Below the pieces are notes generated by a model. That model was not told where the DNA came from, did no database searches, and was given only the letters and a program-made list of their open reading frames with translations. Made by a program: the position numbers and the translations under genes. Positions 1 to 9,900 of a stretch of DNA of 40,416 nucleotides are shown in pieces. Position 1 is the stretch's first letter. Each line of letters opens with the position of its first letter. Source of the stretch: Hyphochytrium catenoides (lineage: Eukaryota > Protista > Hyphochytriomycota); contig FLMG01004362.1 of the NCBI GenBank assembly GCA_900088475.1, positions 1 through 40,416 on the forward strand. Reading direction: 5' to 3'.

Positions 1-120
1 AGAGGAGAGAGAGAAGGAGAAAGAGAGAGGAGGAGAAAGAGAGAGAAGGAGAAAGAGAGAGGAAACGGGGCAAGAGAAGAGAGTGACGATAAGAGAGAGG
101 AAAAAGAAGGAAGAGGTGTA
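1..120. repeat. GA-rich low-complexity tract with a 26-nt direct repeat
   Basis: Almost purine-only; AGAGAGAGAAGGAGAAAGAGAGAGGA occurs at 6-31 and 38-63. Confidence 0.85.
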
Positions 121-551
121 GGTCTTCTTCCTACATACAGAACGGCAAGAAAAGAGCTCTTGGCCTGTTTGTTGGCTATAGAACAGTGGAAGTGGTGGCC
201 TCACACAGACACTGCAAGGTCAGCTGAGAGTGTTGGTGCGGCGGTACATGCCAACTCACTGTTAGATTACTTCTGCCCTTGCGAAAAGACAGGCAGAGCA
301 CGGCAGACGAGAGGCAGAGGCTGTTGACTTTTCTTCTGAGTTGGGGAAGTAGTGGAAGACTCGTGCTGAGAATAGCGGTCAGATCGAACAGCCAGCTGCA
401 CTAGAGGAGAGACATTGGAGGCACATGTGCATTGCTCAATCTCTGTATGCGTCCTGCTCTAGTCATCCGGATATAAATTATAGGACTCTGAAGCTGCTAC
501 GTCTAGTCTAGAGCTCAGTAGCACTCCTCTTCCTGGAGACTTCAGATCCTC

Positions 552-1922
552 ATGGGCAACGGTCAGAGTGATCCATATGCGTCGCCCAAAGCGCAGCCAC
601 TCCAGCAGGTCTCTCCTGGAGCTAGTCACAAAGACCTGAGCAGTCGTGGACCAGAATACACAGCATCTCCTGACAGAGTCCGAGATCATCCCTCTAGAAA
701 CCTCTTTCCTCAGGTGACCGGCTACTATTCGGATCCCAAGACGGGAAGACTGCTCTATACGATCGAGGTTCCTGGACGCAAAGGTAAGCACTGCAGCTCT
801 TGCGCTGGGGTGGTCGTACGGTGTAGACGAGGACTGTAACAGCCAGAAACGGAACAGATTCTTCTCTAGAGAATATGAGGAGAGACACAGTCAGGAAGAT
901 AGTCCCTTCTTGAAGTGAGTGGGCTAAACAAGGAAGGCAAAGACTGACAGATGGGAGAGAGACGGAGGGTCTAATGCGAACTATTAGAAAAAGGTTAATG
1001 ACTGCGGCAGCAAAGAGTGAAGGTAAAGGGGAAAGAGGTTGGGCCGTAGCTTTGCTCTGTGCGAAGCTCTATCTAGGGCCTTCCCTCCGTGCAACTGGCT
1101 GATTGTCTGACTCTGTTCCGTTCGACAGGGCGCCTGACGGCATACAGCATCAAGCGGCGGTTAAGTGACTTTCGGAAGGTATACAAGCATCTGGAGAAAC
1201 TCATAAATGACGAGCATGTCCCGGCCACTGGACCCCACTACCGAGCGGCATCCTTTGACGAGGAGGAGGCCTATCACGAGTTAGTGCTACCAAGCTTCCC
1301 CGAGGACTCAGTCCTGCACAAGGTGGCGCGGTATGGCTTCGGTTATCGGGGTCATGGGCTCATGATGGACAGAATCAAGAGCTTACAACGGATCCTAGAC
1401 GTTGCCACCTCGCATCCACGTACGAGGGACTGTCCGCCTCTCATCGAGTTCTTAGGTCGGCCTCCCGATGATACTCAGGAGTCGAGATATGTCTCCTTCG
1501 AAGAGTACGCCGTGCCAAGGCGCCTTACTTACTCTTGTGAGCTCAGGGAGAGGAGAAAGCTGGTGGCAGAGTCACCCAGAGCTATTAGCATAGCAGCTTC
1601 CCGGCGGCAGAAGAAGAAGCGCCGACTGCGGAACAGCAAACACGGGGAAATAGCCAGTTTTGATACGTCGACAGCCGGCAGTCCTGATGAGCCCAAAGTA
1701 TGGTTAGGCCCTGACCATCGAGCCCTAACGGAGGAGGACTTACTGCTCAAGCGTGCTCATGCGCTAGAGGAGCTCTCTAAGACTTTCATAGAGGAAGCGC
1801 CCGAGGAAGAAGAAGCAGCGACAGCCTCAGATCAAGAAACTCCTAGATGCACCCGGCGGCCTAGCCCGTCTCACAAACGACTGAACAGTGTAGGAGGAGT
1901 GACGGCTGCAAAAGGGGCTTGA
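552..1922 (+). CDS. PX (Phox homology) domain protein with N-terminal myristoylation-like motif; 2 exons (552-783, 1129-1922)
   Basis: G|GTAAG donor at 784 and CAG| acceptor at 1128 join in frame: LLYTIEV..GRLTAYSIKRRLSDFRKVYKHL..LPSFPED..DRIKSLQRILD..HP..LIEFLG, the PX pattern (RRxSDF, LPxFP, RxxxLxxxL, FL). Starts MGNGQS. Confidence 0.85.
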
Positions 1923-2312
1923 AGCCAACGTGACGATAAAAGAAAACGAAAAATAGAAAAAAGTGAGAAGGAAGTGGTTTGAGTGGAAGGCAACTTGGGC
2001 CCAAGGGTGGCAAAGTGTCCCATGTCTCTTACGTTGTAGGTTCTATCCTGTGCATATATGTAACATAATGGTCAACTATCAAGCTAAAGTTACATGGCTG
2101 GCTTCGGGGTAGCGTTCTTACTCTTTGAGCTTAGCAAGGCCACTCCGCTTTCCAAGACTACTCTCCAGGAACAGAGGTAACGTGAGATCCTTCTTGCGGG
2201 CAGGAACTGCTGCAGTGCGAACTCATATCTGGCTTCCTCCTCCTGTTGTCGCAGAGGCCAGAACGAGGTCTCATGGTTTGAACTCTCTTCATCAGGGCAA
2301 GAGAACCATTGT

Positions 2313-2976
2313 CTACTTCATCTTTCGCATCGCTTCTAGCTCCTCTACAGAAATATCCTCTTGGAGCATATCCATGTTCTGCATAGCAAATGTCCGGAGA
2401 GTCTCAGGATTGGGATTGAGCACTGCCTCCACAAGCTCCGGGTGAGTAGTCTTCAGCTCCTCGAAGCGCTTCTTAAGGGATTCTGACTCCTATAAAAGCG
2501 GGAGAATCTCACTTAAGGCGTTCTCTGCTGTCATCTTAAAGTCGTAACTCTATGAGCTTCATTTACCTGTTTGCTGGGCTTCGGTAGCTTCACCTTTGGA
2601 AAGTGTGGAAACCCTCGCATTTCATAAAAGTCTGAGCCAGGACCGAGGGTTTGCATGAATTCTTCATAGTTCATATCCTTCAACCGAGATTCTTGAAGCA
2701 TCGCGGTAAGCACTAATAGTAGATAGCTGTTCCTGTTCCTCGCAGCTTACCTAGATCTCCATACTTCTCCTTCAAGACATTGCCGTACATTCGCATGCCT
2801 AGTTCGTACTGGTAAATGGCCTCATCGTACTTTGGATCTCCTCCTTCAGGTCTGGGATGCTTATAAAGGTAGTCTGCTTTCGATGAACCCGCAGAGGTGT
2901 GCACCAGGAACAGGTAAAGAAGAATCAGCCATCGCATAGGGCCACATGTCGTTGCTAAAATATGCCTCAAGACCAT
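2313..2976 (-). CDS. Hypothetical protein with predicted signal peptide; about 3 exons, C-terminus uncertain
   Basis: MRWLILLYLFLVHTSAG hydrophobic leader; donors GTAAGC (2750) and GTAAAT (2566), acceptor TAG (2490); spliced frame ..KPSKQ|ESESLKKRFEELKTTHPELVEAVLNPNPETL..MRKMK*. No family recognised. Confidence 0.6.
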
Positions 2977-3436
2977 AGTGTCACAATACGGTGAGCTGTG
3001 CTGAGCCTATGGTACACCGATGAAACACTTAGGATTTCCCGCTATTATCGGGTCCACTGATGCACTATCAATCTTTATTCACTCTAAGCTGGCGCCGCAG
3101 CACCTAGACGAGGGTAGAGCGTCAGGGTACAGCAGTTAAGCCCTTAGCAGCAAGCTGAGAAGAGACATAGAAGCAGCCTAAATCTTCTTCTTCTCCTGGG
3201 TTCGTTAGTCTCTAGCCAAGAGTGTGCGGAGAGCAAAGAGGCTTATGGTCCATGCTCCTTGGCCTCCGACATGAGGAGGAATCAGACATCAGACCGTGAA
3301 GACCGCGCGCCGCAGAAGTGGCGGCGAGAACGGGAGCCTTACTCGCGTGACGGTTCGTCGATCGGCAAAAGGTTGAAGCTTCCTTTCTGTCAGTCCAAAG
3401 AAGCGACCAATATCTCGAATTTCTGCTTTAATATCC

Positions 3437-3779
3437 TAGCGTATTCTTCATTCAAGGGTTATTATCACTGATCTAAACATCCTGCAATTTCAGACACCCC
3501 CGGGAAACTAGCAGACATCTCTTATGGAGTTTTCACGCATCCCCCAGGATAAATGCCATCCGAAGAAGCTGTATTTCACTTGAACCTTTGAACCCCCGAA
3601 CCGAGTTACCGAATTGTAGCTTATTCGTAATTCAGTACTATTATTATCACTGATCTGAACGCTCTGTACTTTCAGACATCCCCGGGGAGATAGGGTAACC
3701 AGCAGACACCCCCATGAAGTCTTCACGGTTCCCCCAGGATAAGTGCCATCAGAATCTGCATTCTGCTTGAAGCTTCGAA
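3437..3779. repeat. Diverged tandem direct repeat, two copies, ~180-190 bp period
   Basis: Copies at ~3437-3592 and ~3617-3779 share colinear blocks TTATTATCACTGATCT, TTTCAGACAyCCCCGGG, AGCAGACA, TTCACG and TCCCCCAGGATAArTGCCATC. Confidence 0.85.
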
Positions 3780-3965
3780 AGTCAAGCAAAAGACTTTAGG
3801 AAATTGGGCAGACAAGCATTTTCGCCAGAGTTATTTTATCGGCACTACTGAAGATCCTCCGAAGCAAGTCGCGGTGAAGTCAGAGGATGGGGGCATACCT
3901 TCATCTGGTCCAGGCATGACATAGAGAGCCCAGAATAGGCTAGAGGCCAGGTACCGTGTCCCAGC

Positions 3966-6900
3966 ATGCCGCAGAACGCTGCTAAGGGCGATGCTGCTGG
4001 TGAAGCTCCCGGTAAGGTGCTGGGGGGGTGGATGGCCTCGAGGAGGCGAAGTGGACTGGCGGGCTCCCAAGCAACTGCCCGAAATGATGTCTTCCAAAGC
4101 AATCGTTCAGGGCCTCCAAGCCCCCGTTCTCGGAGAAGGCGCGCCACTGTTCACGCGGTAAGTAATTCTGGATATGGCATGAGAGCGCTGTTTAAAGTCG
4201 GCGAGCAGGATGCCCGTAGCCCAGGCCTGGATATGATGAACCTGGAGGCAGCTGGAAGCAATGAGGCGTCACCGACGACAGCAAATGCTCCGACTCCACT
4301 GTCCTCTAGAAGGGTGAATGACACTAGCCAAAGTCGGAAGGGGCAGATAGCACTAAAGAAAGCAAAGCTGATGGTCCATGGGCACGAGTTCATGAACGGG
4401 GCCGAGCTCGTCATCAATCCAGACTCCTTTCCCCACATCGCGGTCAGTTTAAGATATCACTGGGCCTTTCTAAGCTCATACATTGCAGTTCGACGCGTCT
4501 CACCTTAACATGTTGACCTCAGCTTAATGACATACTCGAGATCCGTCAGCCTGGGCATCAGCATCCTAGGCTTCTTCTGCAAGTGACTTCGCTCGAGCCA
4601 GTGAAGGGTAAGCTTCAGGTTAGTGTCCTGGCGGAGGTGGCGTCGCAGTTCCACCTGGAGGCCTTCCGTGACGTCGAAGTCAAGGTAATAAAGGCTCCGA
4701 ACTGTTTGCGCAAATAGACACTACGGCGGGACTTAACGCTTCGTGCGCTTAGCGTGTAGATCCGGCCTCCGTATCCGTGGATTTTATTGAACTGACCTTC
4801 AAGGACCAGTTCGTTTCCAGGGCAGATATATGGCGGTTCAAGGTGAGGAGCGGAGGTTGGGATCGTTAAGATTGTGCTAGAACGGCTGTGAACAGAGTTC
4901 ACGAATGAGCAGGAGAAGATCCAGAGAAAGCAATCGGAGAGACAGGGAGAGAAAAAAGGGGAAAGCACCCTCGCCACGAGAGAAGAGGATGAACGAGCGG
5001 AATTGAAGAGAGGGAGAGAAAGAGGTGCACGAGGAAAGCAAAACGCGAAGAGCCGTGCTAGAAAATAGAGGATGGAGTAGCAAAAATCGCCATTTGCCGT
5101 CCTCGCCCTTAACACGGCAACGTCACCATGAACTGCAGCTGGCAATATTCGGAAAGTCCGTCTATGTTGGCAAGAGCTTGACGATGCTTGGGATCAGAGC
5201 GCAGGTGAGTGCGGCTTGCTAGCTGTCTAGTGGACGGAGGAGAGAGACGGCGTTCATGCTTCACTGTAATAGGTGAAGGAGCTCTTGGCGGATATGAAAC
5301 CTATCAGCAGCGGCGTGATCAATGAAAACACCAAGTTCATCTTTCGGTAGAGCCATCATGCGTTGCTCTCTGCTCCTTCTGCCGTGCCGGCTTTGCGTGA
5401 ATTATCCTTTGCACCTGACACATCTTGCCCATAGAGCTCCATTCTCTATCTTTTTGCTACAGTTTCTCTATGGCCCTGACCCAGAACTTCCTCTCCTAGT
5501 TCTCGGTCGGCGCGTATCTTCTGGCTGGTGCAAATGAGTACGGAGATGTGGGACTTTGATGATAGCGGGGATCTGTACTTTGAAAAATTTGTGAACCAGT
5601 TTGTAAAGGTGAAGGAGAGGCTAGAAAGTCTGTATTGGGTCTTCTATCGCTTTTCTTCCCTCGCTCTGTCAGATACTTCTATCGCACGTGTCTGACTTTT
5701 TCCGGTGCCCCTTTCTTAAACGTGATAAGCTGCCGCTCCTGTCGTGTCAGAAAGGCAGAAGCGTCTGCCTAAAGTCATGTCGATATCTTCGTAGTGCTTG
5801 TCTTAGTACATGCCTCTAGTCTCATCACTTGACTGACTCTGATTCTCTTGCAGATGCTCTTTCAGAGGTGGATGGACATGGGTGTGAGCCATTCTCTCAC
5901 CGTTGTTTTCTTCTGCCGAGTCTTCTATGACAATGACCAGTTCCCGAAGGACTTCCGTCCACCCTGCAGTGCGGTTATGAACGGATGGTATGTTTGCTGC
6001 CCTATCTCACGACATATTCTTCATTGCACTTGCACATTGCTCTTCTTGCGTCTCTCCTGCATCAGCAATTTGCACGACTCCTCCGCCTTGCCACGGATAA
6101 GTTTGTCAGCCATGGATCTTGCTGTTCCTTACCCACGCGGACGACTTAGGTACCCGGGCCAACCTGATTCTGATGGGACCTGGAAGTATGGCCATGGCCC
6201 TTCTATCCGAGTGGATGCAGAAGGCCGTCTTTATGAAGATTTCTACAAGGTCCCTTTCTCTTTTCAGTTCCCTAGCTTTACTGACTAATCAACTGCTTGC
6301 CCGACAGATTTCAACAGCGTCTAGCTCTCGACTTCCATTTCTCCAGACGCTGGTTTTTCATCGCCTCAACTACTTCCTAGATAACCATGTCTTTGTAGGT
6401 TGTGGTACACAACCATAAGGGTCCCGATTATAGCGAGGTCATTCGCGTACTGAAGAAGGAGTTCAACGTCCATCCCGTCCTACACCGTTGGAGGAGTGCT
6501 GGACAGGCAAGTTCTAGGTTGTGAGCTTAGACGGGCTGGGAAGGGGAGTACGGTCCAAGTGCTTGTGTGCTGTAGGCGAAGAACCAACAATGCAACGTCA
6601 GGATCGCGGATGATAGAGTCATCTAAAGAGCTCTTCTAATTCGGAGGTTTGTCCCAGGGAAATAAAGCTAGTTATCGGGTGACGCGGGGCCCTTTTGGAG
6701 ACGAGACATACCAGTGGGATGCATTGCCCAGTGGAGTCCCTAGTAATGCAAGTGAAGGTAAGCAGAAAGGGAGAGCATGTCGCAGGAATACGGGTTGAGA
6801 GACACCATATAGTTTTCTTCCCGAGACTTGCAATGGGTTACGCCATCTGGTCTCTCTCTCTTTCTCATTTCTTTCACTCTCTCTCTCTCTTTCACTCTCT

Positions 6901-9900
6901 TTTCTCTGCTAGGAAACTTCCTGGAAGCCATCAATGTCTGCCTCAATATATTGGATAAGCACTACATGGATAGAGATCTGTCGAGAGCAGGACAGAGTAT
7001 TGTCATGATCAGCGCTGGTTGCGGAACCTTTAAGGTACTCTTGATGAGCCTGATGGCTCATTAATTGTCTGATAACTTACTTGCCTTCATACCTGTTATT
7101 GGATTAGTCCCTTCATCTCGTTCACAATCTCTCTCTTGCTCTCTCTCTGTAGCTCTCTGAACTGCTTGCTGGGCCTAAGGTCAATGCGGTCCTCTTACTA
7201 ATCGCTTACGTGCTGCCCTTAGGTCGATGAGCGACTAGCTGAATTAACAAAGCAGAGAATGATGGACAATGGCATTGGGATGGACATGCTCTCCTTACGC
7301 ACCCGCCACTGCACGTGGTGCCTCTGTTTATCTTTAAGAATAGACCGCGAGGTGTCTGCTTCCGATTGTTAACCACGTTTATTTCATTCGCTGACCGTCG
7401 ACCCTCCTACAGTCCACGGAGTCACCCTGGGAGCCAAGCGGGAGGACGTGAAGTCTCCAGCCTCTTACGGCGTAGATAGCAGCCGCTCCTTAAGCTACAA
7501 TGCTGCCGAGGGTAGGGTATATTCTGAGTGTGAGCGCGTTCGGTCCTTCACTGCCATCAAATCAAGTGCGAGGCTCTGAGTCTCAGTTTATTGCTCCTTA
7601 TTCAGTTCTGCCTAACGTTATGGGAGAGGGCACCTACTCTAGTGCCACTCTCTACATTCTGCTTGATAGCTGTCTAAAGCAAGCAGCTTTGAAGTGACCC
7701 TCTATCGGCATATGCCTGTCCTCTGATCACCCTCTCTCTCACTCCTCTTCTATCTCTCTCACCCTGTCTCTGACTTTCTCCCTCTCCCTCTCCTCCCTTA
7801 ACCTCTTCGTCCTCCCGCTCCCTTTTCGCTTCTGGCTCCCTTCTTACTTCCTCAGGGCTACCGCCACCCCGCGCGCTGGACTCCGTATTCTACCTAATTC
7901 CGCATTGGATGAACATCTCATTTCTAGATTTGGATGGCAGAGTGCTCTCTAACTCTAAGGACGGCCCTGGGAAGAGCAGCAAGCCCTTACTGGCTCCAAA
8001 TCTTTCAGTCTCCTCCTCCTCACTTGCCAGATCTGCTATTAGCCCATTCAACTCTTTGTCGTCTACCTCTTCCTTGGCGGAGGGAACGAAAGCTGTTCTA
8101 GAGACGGTGAAGGAGGAACAGCCCTCGCTTAACACATTTGAGGACAGAGGCAGAAGGAGTGATGAGGGAGAAGAGGAAGCAGGACCGTCTTCTTTCCTTG
8201 ACGGCACAGCTCGCCAAATTGAAGAGGGAGACTTTGTGCCGATACCTCTCTGTAGGTTTATGAGCACAGGGGGCAGGAATTCTCTCCGGTCTATCTCCTC
8301 CGCCCTAGCAACGAGGATTACCGACTGCCCTTCTCGTCCTCTCTCCTTTCCGGTGACGAGATTGATGAGCCAGGGAGCTTTGCACGCACGGCCCCATCCG
8401 CTCCAGTTACAGCTTTCTGTTTCTGTGGAGTCTAAAGAGGGGCTGGACGGACCGGTAAGTTCTATCGAATTTTAGAGAGAGGCTACGAACGAGAGATGTC
8501 AGCTTTCAAGCACATGTACAGAACATGGAGAAAGCGGCAATGGGACAGGAGGTGTTCATGAAAATGAGGGCTAAACGTGGAAAATGATCGAGAGAAAAGT
8601 GATGGGAGTCACCCTAAGAGGTGAAGCGGATAATCAGAGAGACAGACAGACAGAAAGACGAGGATGCCGTTATCAAACTGACAGCTGTGCAGGGAAGCTT
8701 CGTAGAAGATACCACCCCGTTTCTTCTTTCTGCAGGATCCATGCAGGTAGATCTTCGCATGTTTCGACCATGAACGCTAGCTTGAGCTTACGATGAACGA
8801 TTTCTTTCGATCCTCAGCGACGGACCCGTCACGCGTCCATATCAGAGGAGGAAGAAGGTGCGTACCATAAATCGTACTTGTTTGATTGCGTTGGTTGGCT
8901 GGGAGGCAGCAGAGGTCATTGCGGAAGTATGATAGGCCTCTGAGGAGGCTGGAAGCTCAGTATCCTTAACTTTGGAGGTTGTCATTGAAGAGCGAGTATA
9001 GATCTACGGCCGGTACTGACGTCTTTGCTTAGCAAACCCGTTTGATCTGTATGACCAAAGCGTCTTTAAAGTTCCTGGAGTGGAGAGACAAGACGCAGAA
9101 TTTGATAGCGGACATAGCAGCCGTCCAGTCAACCCAGCCACTCCGCGGAGCACCCTTACTCGGCCTAGCTCAGAACAGCACCTTCCAGGATTAGCGGACT
9201 CTCCTATGGCCCAACAGCGTAGCTATGGGCTAGGCGCCAAGCCTGGAAGCTCTAGAAGAGCTCCGGAAAGAGATAGAGAATTGCCACAGCCTCCCTCTTC
9301 CGCGTTGAAGAGGATTAGCACCGGCCATTCCCTCACAGGACGACCGCTGACTAATACCCTGCCTCTAGGAAGCTCAGCGCAGGTTGGTTCATCTGGACAG
9401 TTTCATTGATCTCTTGTCTCTTTCTCTACTCTCAGCTATCTGGGACAAACTTCCCTTTGATCGTTGCTTCCTCTCTCTGTATTGTTGTCAGCGGAGTAAT
9501 ATGAAGAGACAGAGAGCCATAGGTTCCGTCTTCGGAAACAGAGGAGGATCCAGTGAGCGGGCAGTCACCTCATCAGGAGACAGCACTCTATGCGCAGGAC
9601 CCGATCAGCGTACGACAGCTGGTTATTTTCCCTCATAGTTTGCTATAAGGCCCCTGAACCCAAGCGTCTCACTCTAAGTCAATCCTCGTCCCACCCTTCA
9701 GCGCCCAACGAGGTTGAGAACGCTAGGACAGGAAAAGGAAGTGAACAGCCGTCCAAGAAAGGAAGGTTAGATCTATCGCTTTAACCAGTTTGCTGGCCAT
9801 CCTCTAAGATCATCTCTTGCACTGCTCATGACTGCATTTATTCTGTTCAGTCACCAGAGCAAGGACCAAGCTCATCTCAGCTCCAGCGCCCCTATGGCGT

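Noticed and set aside
2713-2750. Possible 38-nt micro-intron
   Set aside because: An in-frame alternative acceptor at 2692 gives a 59-nt intron in line with others here; cannot be resolved without RNA data.
4615-5145. 176-aa antisense ORF and many similar short ORFs in the track
   Set aside because: Shadows of real exons or of GA/CT-rich introns, which lack stop codons for compositional reasons.
8960-8970. GTATCCTTAAC in a DEPDC5 intron, matching both the U12 donor and branch consensus
   Set aside because: No open in-phase exon precedes it, and the GT-AG intron ~8858-9032 already joins EEEE|[12 protein letters not shown] in frame.
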